Shown in pieces: positions 12,744 through 27,649 of a stretch of 64,000 nt of DNA (the first letter of the stretch is position 1; each line of letters opens with the position of its first letter). The position numbers were made by a program, and so were the translations under genes. Source of the DNA: Lingula anatina (lineage: Eukaryota > Animalia > Brachiopoda); NCBI GenBank assembly GCA_051362555.1, contig CM120646.1, positions 11,780,001-11,844,000 on the forward strand, given 5' to 3'. Below the pieces are notes generated by a model. The model worked only from the letters and a program-made list of their open reading frames with translations. It ran no database searches and was not told where the DNA came from.

Positions 12744-15700
12744 GGGTGGGGGGGGCGAGAGCACGGGACCCATTTTGCCCCCCGCCCTCTGAAGAAGTGG
12801 ATACAGGGTGATGGGATCCCTCTTTCCCCTCTCCCTTTTCTTTCAGAGCGGGATGGCGAATTCAACTTACCAACTTGGAGATTCATGCTAATGTTGGACC
12901 CTGCTCTAAGACTCAAGGAAGCAAGATTCATGTTTTCTCGGTTTTGCAGAATGAGTAGCGGAGGACCCCCCTTTTTTCTGCACATCATTCTTATATCAGC
13001 CTTATTTATCTGTATTCCCTGTCCGTGGTAGCCCACTTCCCGTAAACAATAAAGACTAAGTACTCGATGATAACACTTCGTAGTCTGTATTATAGGCTAA
13101 TACACAGGGAGTTATGCCAATGTAACAGTTTATTCCATCGGCATGCCCTTACAATACCGGCGGCGTTTAAATAACACTTGACGGTATTTGGAGTCATAGT
13201 TGAATTAACAAAAAGCACAGCCTTGACATAGTTCTTTTTATCTTATTGATAGCACTCGATAGACATGGGCAATTATTTTCCACGGTTTTCTTTAGATCAC
13301 ATCATATAACTAACCTGTTGGCATGCAAAATGTAAAAGCTCAAAACTTTAAAAACATTCAAATATATATTATAATGTGTACGTATATAGTATATATGTTT
13401 TTTTTTTTTTGTGAAAATTTAATCTTTATTCAAAAGTTGTGGCGTTTTGTTTATTTTTACCGAACGCAAAGCACCAAAATGCACAATGTAACAGACGACG
13501 GGTTATATCAGATTCCATTGCAGCTCAGCATTCCGCAGTGAAGGGAAAATGCTGAATTGATTGGTTAACAAATGTCAAGCAAATTGTCACGATAACTTCT
13601 TTAAAGATGATACCGCTCTCAACAGCTGCTACATGAAACTTGAAACTTCAACAAAATATATCATTTAGTTATATGCAGCTCGTTCTAGATAAGTTGTTCA
13701 AACTAGACGGGTAAGGCCCGAAAGTTCATTCTTGTTAGTTCCAGTCACCTACTTGTACAAGTAAGCGTGATAAGGAGAGTTTAAGTGTGGAAATACTCTT
13801 AAAAATTAAATTTTTCAAAAAAGTTCTTGCATTCTTTTTTCACAGACAAAAACTTCTTCAAATCCGTTTGACTGAGGAAGCTGTCCGATTGCCATTTAAA
13901 GCGTTTCAAGTTAGTAAAAATTCATGTTTTGGGAAATGACGAAAACAGATCTTATAACAGTTAACCATACAGATTACTTGCCCAATAAATCCACATATAG
14001 ATCTGACAGTTCACATCTTTTTAAGTACCTCATTTTATAGAATTTATGAAACTTTATTACCGTTGGGAATTCTTTGTGGATCTCTTTTCATTTAAAATAT
14101 GCACTTCCTACATACCGTATGGTGTATGCAGTAACTTTGTATATACCTTTGTTTTATGTCTACTGCATTAGAAATATCCTGGATCCGCTGAAAATATAAT
14201 GTAGACTAACCTGATTTTAACTTAAAGTAACTACCCATGCACTTTCACTAATGAACCCTCAATCAATTGAGGATTAAGTCAATAGAAAAGCATTAAGCCT
14301 AATCGAGGCGGATTAATCAGAAACTGTATACGTTAAAAGAAAACCTTGTAATCAAGCAAATTGAGTGAGTCGTTTGTTTGTAGTCATACATCAAAGAGGT
14401 TGTCTTTACACTCATGGGATGTTTATTTCTATGCATGTATCGCCATATAACTTTTTATTTCATTCGTTTTGGCAATGTATTCTTCATTTAGCAACATTAC
14501 TTGCTTATCATTCGGCATATCAAGCAGGAACAGACAAACTAGTTGGATCACACTCGTCAAGACCTGATTGATTTTTATCATAAATTGAGAATCAATTTGT
14601 TCCCTTGCTTTAAGATAATATGGGCTATATTTTGAATCAAAGTAAAATTACAAATGCAGTTGCTAAGTTTTAATGGCACGTTGCCAACATTTAAAAGGAT
14701 TTAGCGTCAAATGAAAGCATCGTTCGTACAGTGTAGTAACACCAGAATACACCCGTGGGTCTAGACTGTGAGATGTATCAAGAATCTCATAAGCGCTGAT
14801 AAAAATTCAAAATAAAACAATAGAACAATAATAATAATAATAGAAAAATACCCAACATTGTTGCTCGGAAAACATTTAACTTGACTGTGATGATTGTAAA
14901 AACATCGAAAATGCGATCACGGGCAGGTTTTGAATAGGTTTCATTCGCCTACTGATTAATTCACTTTATGACGACTGTCGGTTACATTTTTCCATTACCA
15001 ATGAATAAAATGTTTATACAAAAGTAACATTTTGCATAACTGCATTAAACGTCGGTGGCATCAATTCCATTTTTTCCATCAATTTTTCATTAGGAATGTT
15101 GACTTCCATGTATTTCTTTGCTGTTCTTTCCATAAATTGGCGTCTGCAAAGAGGCACTAGTATATTAATGGATCAGTTATAACTTTTTATAACTTTTTTT
15201 GAGCGGATACTCCACAAGAAGTGGAGTCACAATATCCCATTTACCGTTCCTAATTAAATATAAGAGATTGAACAAATAAAACGAATGGTTTGAGCGCTTG
15301 TCAATCTACATATTTATTGCTTTAGTTTTAATGCAAGTGCCAAAGATTGCTGTATAATTTATTATTTATTATAAAACAGGGGTGGAGAGCTAGTTTTAAA
15401 ATGCTTTTTATCGCTATTGTATTAACTTCTACGACATTTGCAACCCTGAACAGAGGGGAAAATCATCTGTTTATTTCGTATATCGATTTATACCACATGG
15501 TATTATTCACCAAAAAAAGCGATCATGACTAAAAAAAATATCATTTTTGTTCTTGTATAATAAGGCAGATCGATCGCCGCGTCTACCGCATTGAGTCGCA
15601 TGGCGGCGTGGCTTGTTGGTGCTTATTCTGGTTCAGCCTGATAAAGTCACGGCTCCCAACAGGGGATTTTGTGTTTGTTTGGGATGCGTCAGATAAACCC

Positions 15701-18700
15701 TTGCCTCTCACCGCAGCCTGTATAGGAATGCCTTTTAATTGCCGCGGCGTCGTTTCTCTGGGGAGAGCGATTTTTTATTCTATACCTGATGGACGTTACC
15801 CGTGTGGAAGATAACATACCTGCCGAAGTGTACTTCTAACAAGTAAGGGCGGCATTAGGTCGTACTAAGTATCAAATAGTTTCAACCTGGGTCATTTTGG
15901 TCCATTTAGAGCAGTGACTTGTCCGTTGTAAAATTTAGGGTAGGGTAATTACTTCGCTTATTATCTTTGTAAAGGTATTTTGAAATGTGTATTTCTATAT
16001 AATTCTGGCCTGATTATTTTGTATGTGTTCCATTGTAAACCGAAAATGCCAAGGTTATATCTTGATAGGTTGAGATACAGAAGATTGTCCAGAAAATGTA
16101 GAAGAAACGTCCAATAAACAGAGCCTTAAAAAATTTCACTTTATTTCAGTAAAAAAATTGACACCCTTTCAGATAATAATAATCCTTCATCTTATATCAA
16201 GGCCTTATTAGCAACTGCGCGAAGAAACAATGATATCCTTTTAAAAAGATAAAATAACATTTTACATAAACATGAAATGGTTGCACGTATAAAACACTTC
16301 GACAGTGACACTAGTACCATCGGGTTGCTGACTTTCACTTTCGATTTCGTGTTTTCCTATATCAAGTCAGCATCTAACTGCAAATTGCTCGCATGAACAC
16401 GTATTCCACCGTTGTATTTTATACTTAATCAGACTTTATTCTCTATGAAAATGATATTAATGATATTAAGATATTATATATTGACATTCCGTGAAATCCT
16501 TCTATGCCACATGTATATTCCAGTACCAATCACAATCCTGCATACCACAAACTAATGGTTGCTCGTTGCCCGTGAGGCAAGAACAGAAGACATTCACGAT
16601 ATTTTTTATGAAATTTACTCGCTCACACTAATCATAGCCAATCCCATCCCTATTTGATATCTAAGGGCATAAGTTTGCCTCTACAATGTACCCTGGATTG
16701 TATCAAAAATAATTTAGTGATTGAACAAAGACGAGTCAACAACCAGAAATCGGATTTCTCTTTATTACTGTAGTTAAATTACCATCCTAAATAAAATAGA
16801 GATGGTACTAACTCAATATGCTATCAAAAAAAGAGAAACACATGTACAAAGAATAACGCATCGCTTTGCCAATTAATCATTGACCATCTGCTTCTTTTTT
16901 CGTACAGTTTTATTTACTTGGTTCTACATATGCATTGACTTTACAAATTGTCTTTTACGAGACTTTGGACGACATTGGCGGCATTTACAATGTAGGTAAC
17001 GGGTCTACCGGTAATTACAATAATCCAATACTAGTATACCAATGCAGTTTTGGTCGCTGTCTTCTATAGATTTTACATGTAGTCTGCACACCACCTAATT
17101 TTTTTACATCAAAAACCAGCATACAGCAAAGGACACAGTCACACCAGATGCATTAATACATCACATCTAATGAAAAATAAAAACGAACGGCAAAACCTCA
17201 TAACGTGTACATAACTTAAATATACCTTAGTATATACTGAAACTAATTTTAGCAATAAATGCATGAAAGTCTTGGTAAAATTAAAGGTTGAAAAAACGCC
17301 CATCACAATGACCGCTGTGACCATAAACACCAGATACAATCACCACGAAATTAGTCTCGTGTCTAAAAGGTGGAAAACCATGAAAAGTTTTTTTGCAGCT
17401 CAAATCATCCCGGGTGCCGGGGGTTACTTCAATATCTCCTACAAACACAGCAATGTTATTGATTTGCAATTTAGTCTATTTTCGTTCTCGGGGGACAGAT
17501 TGTCAGTTTTTAATGAAATCAATTATGTCCGAAATGAGTTGATAGTAGCATTAATCGATGGTGAAAGGTCCTGCGGCGGGTCGCTTACATCGTGTTTCCG
17601 ACAGGCGAAATATGTCCCGTACTGATAGCCAGAGAAGTGTCAGAATTGAGACACTAACGCTGATTACCTCGTCATAAATTCAATTTCAGTCAGAGTGGAT
17701 TTTCTAGAAAAAAAAAAAGAAAAAAAGAGAGAGAGAGACAGAGAGTGAGATAATTGCCCCCAGAAAGTAATCATCCTGGGACTGTGAAACACGATTAATT
17801 ATCCTCATTGCGGGCCTCCAAGTTTGAGATTTTACCAAGAGTTGGAATAACCAATGAAACGGTCTTTTGGCGTTTTCTGCGGATCTATTATCCTCTCACC
17901 TGGCCCGCCTCCTGTGCTATGTGACCCATGCTCATGACTTACGTTTCCCTGTCGTGTAATTATCTGGAGGTGTTGGGGAGGGTAGAAGTTAAAGTTGTGG
18001 AAGACCAAAAAGATACGTGAACCAATTTCGCCGTTTTCTGCTAACTATGCGTCTTTATGCCTCATTTACGTACTAGTTTACTCTATATTGTAGTAAACTG
18101 AGCAGTCTCAAAATTGCAGTTTGATGCTACTCTTAGCATTCAATTATATGTCTAGAGATTCATCTGTGTGATATGATATTTATCATTGTCCGCCATTCTA
18201 TTTATTTATTTATTTATTTATTTAGTTTTTGTTTGTTTCCTTATTTATTCATCTTGCCACCTTCTGGCATTCTTGAAGATATGGTAAAATGAAAAAGCAT
18301 AGAAATGATGCAAATGTTTTGCTGTGTATTTTGCAGCATGCCGCAGAGTTACATGTACACTGTTCCAGTGTGTTGGATGCAACATTACGTTATTTGCGTC
18401 TTACACGTAAAAGACCTGTTCCTCCACCTATATCTGTATTTCGTTATTAATGCAAAACTTGAAATAAACGAAAACATACGACAGGGTGTAGAGAACAGTT
18501 TACAGATACACATCCACACCAAGATTAATATAAGACCAGATATCAGTATTAAAGCGCGTTTAATCTCAGTAGGTCTTTTTGTAGCGGCGGTTCAAATAGT
18601 TACTTGTGTGACTGCAGCGACGTTTCACGATATCGTTATTCGTGCAACCTGTAAAAACGTCGTAGCACGCTAAGTCGGCAAACGTATCACTATCAGCAGC

Positions 18701-21700
18701 GCAACTCACTTCAACGTGATATATAGACCCAGTTGTTTTCAACGATGCTATCTCTATCCATTTAGCCAAGCAATTAACTTTATTGCTAAACATCAATTTT
18801 CCCGGCGATATTTCGGAGCTCGGGTTACTGCAATACAGTGTAAGAACAAGGGAGGAAAAGGAACGCTGGGATGTTGGAATGGCATCTGTGATGTGCAAGA
18901 ACAAATGGCAATACGTTCAAGTGTTGATATGTCCATACTACACGCTTGGTTAACGGTACAAATGGGCAAGGATGTTTGAAACAAAACTCCTGTATGTAAA
19001 AAATTACAAAAGAAAAAAGAAAAAAGCAACTTTTGGACCCAATAATAACTCTGCTCGGTAATAGAAAAATGTGCACATTTAAAAGTCCTTTCTTTAAAAT
19101 ACAGATACCAAGGATGGGGAATCTATTCTTGAAAATAATTACATGTACCTCTGCAAAATTGCCAAAAATTATATCGAAGAATTTCCTTTCGTTTGATCAA
19201 CCTTGGTTAAAAGCAAAATATCAGAAAAAGTTTTAACACGTACCCTTTCTTAGAAAACCACTTGTAATGTGCGATTCATTTAAAAACTCGAGTCAGATGT
19301 ATTTTCTACCTCCCATACCACTACATTTAAGCACCTATATTGACAAGAATGATACTTCCGTGGCTTATGTAAAAGTCAAAAGTATTATTATATTGCAAAC
19401 CACAGGTAACCACTCCGATGAGGATATTATAAAAACAATATACTGTTTGTGTTCCTTTTAGTAACAAATTAATATACATTAATTAATATGTAATGCTATT
19501 CCCGCACGGCAATATTTAGTGGTCAGTTATAGAAAAGATCAAAAGCATTTATCTATGTCAACCCTGCATGAGTGCTAAAAAGTCCACTTAATGATTATGT
19601 TATAGAAGAAATGAAAATTTGAAAAAGCGATAAGATATAATATCCGTCTAAAACACTCTCCACCATGTATAACTCGCTGACTTACATTTGTCCAACGTAG
19701 ACTGTAATATTCGGTGCTAAAATTAACACCCCGTCTTCAGTTTTGAGAAACCTGACGTAGGTAGGGTTTGCATTGCGGTAGGTGTGACGATGCACTTAGT
19801 GTGAAAATGTGACGGTTGTGACAGTGCGCTATCTGTGTTGATAGAGAGCAAATGGAGGGGAACGTGCGCGCTGGGGTGTGAGTGCGGTTGGTGTGACAGA
19901 GTGTACGGTGGGGCATTTTGTCATACTGCTAGTGTTCAGTACATGAGTTCGGTACATGTGTTCAGTACGTGAGATATGGAAATGTAGCGCTGTTCAAGTA
20001 CAAGCGGTGCCAATATACTTATAATAGCATTGCTGTAGTTGTGACAGAGTTGAGTATGCGTTAGTTGCGCCAGTGTGCTAGCTGCGACAGGAAGTTATTG
20101 TGATAGAATATTGATTGTTCGAGTGTGTTTCATGTGACAAAATGACATGTTTTTACCGCAGGATTAATCCAACGTATAAAATGAAAATTGGGCAGAAAAT
20201 AGAATCAGTCGAAAAAATGATAAATACATGTTATATTGATCTACTGTGAAGACCCCCATAGGTTAGATATCCATAAGTTGTACATATTGTTTGTAATAAT
20301 CATTTAACTCATGCAAATTGTCCAATGTTGTAGTTCAAAAGGGTAAACCTCCCCTTAGAACAAGGATTATAATAATAAATTTATAATTCTGTGAAAAAAT
20401 TAAAGGTTATTTCCAAATACTGCACACGGATTGCAATGCCTTATTACGTCATGCCTATGTCCTTCACTTTATAGCAAAACTGCACCCACCTGTTTTGCAT
20501 TTGTTTATCATTGGATCCTTCTCCCCCCCCCCCCCCAGCCCCTTATCAATATTCTGTACCTGTCAGTGACTGTGCAACTGATAGAAGGACAGCACTTTAA
20601 GTGACATTTCTATCAGGTTTTATTTCTATTAACTACAGTGTTACACTGCCCGTGAATTACCTATACTGCCTTTCCTATCTGCGTGGTTTGCAGAGGCTGT
20701 ATAAACTAGAAAATAAATACAACCTTCATGCTCAATAAATTATTGATTTTTAACATAAAAAATATTCAGAACTGCTGTCAACTGCTAATAGTTTGTAACG
20801 ACTACATACCCTGAAAACGCTTAATTAAGAATCAGAACACTGAATCGATCGATTTATTTTCTTGATAAAATTTTTTACGGTTTCTCAAAATAATGCAATC
20901 ACATTTAACTAATGCATCTAAGCTTTGCCCCCCCCCCCCCCTCCTCCTGAAGATTTCCGGCTGATTCCGCCTCTCTCCGGCCCTCAGCGGCGCTTACCTT
21001 CTCGTTCAAGAAATTTTGATCAAAGAGTTCATTAATCCGGGTTAATAAAGTTTCAACGGGGTTTAGCTCAGATGCAAGGGCGTGTTTAAAACGCTTGGCT
21101 AATTGACACACGATTGACTTCAAGCGGGAAAGGTCGTACCGCCAATTTCCATAACATCACTATCAATTTTACCACGCGGAAGTGAGTCGTAATCACTATA
21201 AATGTAGGCCTACTGTGCGTTTATGTTAGGAGTTACGCCTAACAAAATAACTGAAGACTACAAAATATATACTGTATATCCAAAGACATTGAGATTGGAT
21301 AAACTTTAAATAAATGTCCTCCTAACAGTCTGGCTTTTTATTATGGCGTATTGAGATATTCCTGTTTCTTTTGCTTTTACATGAACATGTATAATGGTCA
21401 AAGATGGTCCGTTCCAATACTTCAAGAAATGTCAGGTCCCCATTGTATATCTATGTTTTTCTTTCCTCTTCAGAGTTAATGGTTTCATCATTGCGGCTCG
21501 GTTACCCCGTTAATAGTCCCGAACATGAAAGGATTCAGAGGCAATTTATCAAAGATCTATAAATTACTTTGATCAGTGATTCGTGCTCGTAGGGGTAAAA
21601 GAAAACTTAAAGAACCCTCGAAAGGCGTTTAAGGGGTATCAGAAATGATTAATGAGCGCGGTAAATTATATGGGAGGGGGCAGAAAAGGAGAGAGAAAGA

Positions 21701-22437
21701 AAGAAAGAGAGAAATGAGGTCGTTGGACAATCAGCTACCTATTGCCATGCATGAAACTTTTCGCGCCGATTTTCAAACAATGATAAACCAATGAGTAATG
21801 TACAAACCGTATTTCTTACAGGGGGTAACTGTAGTAGCGCTTATATGGCTCTATGCACCAAGCTTCAAACAGCGATAAAAATACAAGTAGAGCAATGTCT
21901 ACAGAAATATAGATATTAAACATTAAAATTAAAATCATTACCGCTTGTAATATGCACCACGTGTCTTTATTCTTCCCAACTTATGAAGAACACATTTGAA
22001 TAGTGACTAAAACAAATACGTATAACTGCATTTTACATACATTTAAATAGTGATGAAAAAATGTCTGAAATGCAACATGTCATCTTTGAATTATGAAATC
22101 CAAACTCAATAGTTTATGCACGCAAAAAATTGGCGAATAGAGAATGAAATAACATTTATCTATGTAAGGAACATATGATTTAGGAATATGCGTTATAATC
22201 ATTTTTTTTATTATTTTGATTTATTCTATTTTTTATAATTATTATACATTATTTATTATCAATTTTAAATATATATCTTTCTACACACGGACTATAATTC
22301 AACACATACCTCACAAGATACTGTGCAATACAATTGTAAAACCTGTCAGAATTAATTCGTTTGTAAATTAGTCAGTTCTTACATACTTCAAAATAGTACG
22401 AATACGTACAATACTTTTAGTTTACCCATGCTCTCCC

Positions 22438-22468
<31 letters not shown>

Positions 22469-22720
22469 AGGTTCACACGCCCTTTGACCCCCAATCGTGT
22501 GCAAAGTAAGCATATCTCAATTTCCAATTCCATTTCTAATGCCCCGTATGAGCGACAAGCGGGAAGATCAAAGGCCCCGATGTCCGGGTGAGTAATAGAC
22601 GTGCCTGGCAACGTCACGAAAACAGAAAAGAATAGAAAAAAAACTAGGCCCAGCATTTATATTGTAATATGGTGACTGTATATATAGCCTGACTGAGAGT
22701 TGTGTATGACGTACACATAA

Positions 22721-22900
22721 CAATGGCGGATCCAGGCACGTGCCACCCCCCCACCCCCCCCCCCCCACCTTTAGGCTCTGAGTTACCCTCTTCTTCTCTC
22801 TCTTCTCCAACCCTATCCCCTCCCAATCCCCGGAAAAACAATATAACGAGAAAAGTGAGACAAAACTTAACAAATTCACCGTCCCTGCGCATTGCATTTT
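22721..22900. mobile_element. Probable truncated MITE of the CA..GGCGGATCCAGG type
   Basis: caatggcggatccagg followed by poly-C tracts, resembling the ends of the other MITEs here; no second TIR found. Confidence 0.4.
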
Positions 22901-22997
22901 TAAATTAAAATAGGAAAATTGCCCTCGTCTACTGTTGTATGTTATCCACTCGCTTCTTCTTTGGTAAAATTTTGAATTTGTGCCTCTTTATTTGAGC

Positions 22998-22999
22998 AT

Positions 23000-23045
<46 letters not shown>
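22998..23045. repeat. (ATTT)n microsatellite
   Basis: Read directly. Confidence 0.9.
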
Positions 23046-23048
<3 letters not shown>

Positions 23049-26000
23049 TTTCTTTCTTTATTTATTTTGTGAATATCAGACTTGGTAATGGGTAAGTATC
23101 TGGATTAAACTGTCCAATCTGCAACAAGATTGAATCCAGGAAAAAAATGATGTAATACCGGAACAATATCTGTAAACAAATATTTTAGGTGGAATGTGAG
23201 TGTATTCATGCTCCCCTCGTTATTATTATGTTTAGATTTACTTAAATAATATACTGGCTGTTTACGAAAATAAAGCAAATAGATACTTTGTAATTGATTT
23301 TAAAATATATAGAAATGTATAGAACAGCATACTTTTATGGACAGCATTCGTGTTTAACTTGAACTCTGAAAAATTAAAAGATCATGTTCTGTAATATTCG
23401 TTAAGAGGAGGCAATAACAGGACAAAGGAGCAAAAAATAAAGTTACGTGATTAAAGTAATAAGATGATTAAGAAGATTAATTAAGATTAAGTCAGCGTTT
23501 TAGAAAATCCACAAACAATAAAAAATAACAGAACAAAACAAAACGACATGGTAAAATAAAGGAATTGTCATTAAAGCTAACTGTAAACGAATAATGACCT
23601 GGGTGTTGTTTTTTTAATCTAAAAACCATTTTCATAAATGTCTGAACTCAAAGAAACCAACCAATCGTTCTTACATGTATATTCGTGTTGGCTATGTGGA
23701 CATGTTAACGTTATGACACCCACTTTCAGTCTTAGCTGAACTCTTTATATCTCAAAAACAGTCATAAAAACAACACGAAAGCAATTTCCATCAATTGTTT
23801 TAACCAATACTTGATGCTATAACAAAGGCTGTTTTCGACTTTTTGATAACAGGGTAGATCTTATTGTTAAAGTAGTTAAGATATTGGTACATGTAGAATA
23901 GAATATTTTCACCAAACAAAAATCTACTTAATATTAGCATCTAAATTGGATATATCCCTTCATACAATTATAAAGAAATAAGTTCACAAATCTAAGGATC
24001 ATCGTTACATGTTTTTTTGAAAGGTTACTCTAAAGAGGGTGTAAGAAATAATGAAATGGCATTTTTATATTTTTACCATCTTTTTTCCTTTTGAAAACTT
24101 TAAGAATGCCGATAAAGGAAACTGTATCACCCACTGAGTGTATCCCAGGGTAATTCACAAAAACGATTATATTTACTCAAGAACACTCCAAGACCACAAC
24201 CCTCCGCCAAGGAATAAGGCGCTAAAATTTTAAAAAGATATTAGGCTACACGGATTCTGTTGAAATGGTGATACAAATGTTTAATGAGTATAATTATATT
24301 TGTTATACTGTTTTATGTAACTTTTTACCTGACTTATACTTGTGAAAATTGGCAATTTTAGGGAAAGATCACAGAAATTTTCTTTTTATATTCAATTCAA
24401 TTTAATTGAAATATACTCAGTGTGAACAATAAAATATTATATTAATTCCAAATGAATAACTCTTTATCATGAAAATGTCACCAAAACTTGCAAAGATATT
24501 GTCTTGTCCACAAACCAAACCTGTCGGTAATAACAATAGCCCATGGATATGTGTCAGCTATATTTATACAGTGGTATGATGTTTCGTGCAACACTTCGAG
24601 ATTGATGTTGGAAATTCAGATTTACGTAATTGATTTTCGATCCAAGTTGAACAGTCTTAACTAAGTCTAAAGAATAAAGTTTGCTATTTGCTCTTATGCA
24701 TGTGTTCCAAAGTATATTAAGCATTTTAAAACATGCCTTCTTGAAAGGTTATGGATTCACATGTTCTGTTAGCAAAAACAAAACAAAAAAATAATAAAAA
24801 TAAAAAAGAAAGAAAGAAAAAACGTAACGTGATGTCACTTTTGAAAGGTTAAACTTGACCGAATATATTTATATTGAATATTCATTTGAGTGCCTTATGC
24901 AAAATGGGGTCTTCTTGTGCAAAGGATGGGATGCATTAGAGATCATACATTTGTAATAAAAGACTTTTTAAAAATTTTGCTTCGATTGGTTGGTAAAATT
25001 AACTATTTATATTATTTATTTACATTTTCATTTATTTATTGCTTGTTTGTTTGGTTAAATTTTAACAACTTTACTGAATGTTATATTCAAACTAAATCTC
25101 ATGTTTAGTGTATAAAATCGAATTGCATGTTACCGCAAAAAAATGAAAATTTTCATGTTTCGAGTTCGTCATTTTTTTATTATTATTATTTAAGTTGAAT
25201 CTTAAACCTCGTTTCCGCACGAACTGATTTAAACAATTCACAATACAAAACAATATACAGTATACACACACATGCTGTATGTACAAAAAGAAAAAGAAAA
25301 AAGTTTGCAAACAGATGATCGAGTCCATGCTTAAATAAAGTATTATTCTACAGATCTGAATTTGAAATGCATCAAAATTACATCAGCGACATTTTGGCAC
25401 TGAAATTGGCGTTCATCGTTTCAGATTCCACCGATACTTAACAAAGTCCCGCTTGAAAAGTCACATACCTTTGATCCTTTTTTTTTTCTGGTAACAAGCG
25501 GTTTGAACGAGTCACTTCCACAGAAATATTGTGTTTTAATTGCTACGTTTCGTGTGTCAAAATGCAAGTTTTACACAGCACTTTACGGGGGTCGGTTTAC
25601 CCCACCTGTACCTGTCGGCAGCGGTGGCGGCGCCTTTGATGTGACGTGAAGGCTTTGTCTTAATCCGCTTCCAGGTTGTGCGCAAAGATAAGATCTTGTT
25701 GTTATCTGCCTTCATCTAGGACGACTAACAGCTGAACACTTGATCACAGTTACTGATATCACCGTGTCACGCTAGTTGAAAGATGAGCGGCAGTTACAAT
25801 AATCGCTGTATATTTGGGCTGTAAGGCGTGGATTTTTTTTTCTCATTCTTTCCAAAACCATGCGGTTCTCTTACCGTGTGGGCCACATTCGGTATTTGAA
25901 CTTGTGCTAGCTTTAGGTCTGCCCTTATTTACATCATTCATACACCTGTCTTATCACTGTTAATATATATACAGTACACACTGTACTGACAGGGGCACAC

Positions 26001-26066
26001 TTGCCAGTATATTGCCCATGAAATTTTAAAATTCTTCTATCTTTGTCTGTTCAATATCTCATCAGG

Positions 26067-26235
26067 CAGGGGCGGATTCAGAGGTATCTACTGACAGTCT
26101 TCCAAATTATCTTTGTTGATTCATCCTCCAATTTTGACCGTCTTCCAACAGAAAAAAATTAGATACCCGTCAATGTAAACTTGAAAATCTGACCGTCTTC
26201 CAGAAGACCCAGAAGACGGCCTAAATCCGCCCCTG
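26067..26235 (+). mobile_element. MITE with CAGGGGCGGATT TIRs
   Basis: CAGGGGCGGATT...AATCCGCCCCTG; near-matching 5-bp flanks tcagg/acagg; inverted homologous copy at about 61167-61337. Confidence 0.8.
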
Positions 26236-26977
26236 ACAGGCTTTTCTAAGAGTCCATAATAAAAACACTTTCCCCATTTTACATGTAATAATGCATTTTT
26301 ATTCATTTTGTCTAATTTATCTTGCTGAATTCATTGTCTAAAACTGTGTAACTTTAGCAGTTCCAATCTCTTTTCTTAAATCATTTACCGGAATAAGACT
26401 ATTTAAACAAACTAATATTAGCAGTTGATAGTTTATAACGGTTCAAAATCCATAGTACATTTAAATTAATAAAGTTGTATCACTGTATAAATTTCGGTGC
26501 ATTCGAAGGAAAATGCGTTTCTACCGTACAAAATTGTTACATGGTTGAATGAGATTCGATAAATCCTTGATTTGAAAAGCATCTATTGGATTATTCAAAT
26601 AAAACGGCATCTGAAAACAATGGATCAAAAGAAAAATATTTTGTAGGGAATACATAACAGCTTAAAGTGCAAGTCACTCCGAGACAGAAAACATTCCCTT
26701 GAAGCTTGTAACAGTTCTCGTCGCTCTTGTACCTCTTAATCATATGTTTCATCTAATCATTATTTTCCGTCTAGAATAGCCCACATTATTTTTGGCACGT
26801 ATTCTTGAAATCTCAGCTTTACCTAAGTTTCTAAAATCAATTCAGTTACTGTGTCTGACGCCCCCTACATCTCAACTGTACGCGTACGCCTTAGAAAAAA
26901 GCACTCAAAACAAATAGATATACTATAAATCGCATTATGAACGACATAATGTCATTTTACGCGTAGAAAATATAATG

Positions 26978-26978
<1 letters not shown>

Positions 26979-27025
<47 letters not shown>
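26979..27025. repeat. (TAT)n microsatellite
   Basis: Read directly; source of the poly-N ORF. Confidence 0.95.
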
Positions 27026-27026
<1 letters not shown>

Positions 27027-27474
27027 ATTTGACACCCACAGGTTGGCAACCCTTTAAGACTCGGAACAGAACTTTCAGTAAAAAAAGAAATAAAGTATGC
27101 ATAATTATAACTATAGTCAGACGTGCCATGTAGCATAGGATTTGTAAATATTTGTCACAGTATCTACCCCTTAAATATGATAAAGCGTTGCCAATTGAAT
27201 CTAGCTTTTGGGAGTCTTATCATTTACCACGTACCCGCAAATACCCCTTTTCAAGTGGTAACATTTGGTTGATTGCATAATAAGCACTCACTCAAAGAGT
27301 TATGATAACTATGACTTAAGAGATTCATTGGATCTTATGTTATTATTTGTCTATCTATCTGTCTTCCTTTCTGTGCATGTTATTCTTAGAACTTTAAATC
27401 CTCAGCCGCGCACAGACACTATAATGCGTCTGCTATTACTATTAGGTCATATTCTATTACTATTAGGTCATATT

Positions 27475-27649
27475 GGCCCCATTCAGAATAGGGGACTCAC
27501 TAGTTCGAGAGTCAAATATGGCGACCCACTACAAAGCTTGCTGTCTAATCTGCTAATAGACACTGAATAGATATCCGGTGGGGAAGTATTCAAGTGGGTC
27601 GGCCATATTTGACCCTCGGACTAGTTAGTACCCTATTCAGAATGGGGCC
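27475..27649. mobile_element. Palindromic Harbinger-like MITE
   Basis: About 55-bp imperfect TIRs: GGCCCCATTCAGAATAGGG..ACTAGT..GTCAAATATGGC..GACCCAC and GTGGGTC..GCCATATTTGAC..ACTAGT..CCCTATTCAGAATGGGGCC. TSD unclear. Confidence 0.75.

Noticed and set aside
12651-13036. Overlapping 126/109-aa ORFs
   Set aside because: Produced by a (GT)n tract and GC-rich repeat-like debris.
18305-19076. Cluster of overlapping 78-122 aa ORFs
   Set aside because: No recognisable domain or coherent splice structure; a translated search would be needed to exclude a decayed gene or transposon fragment.
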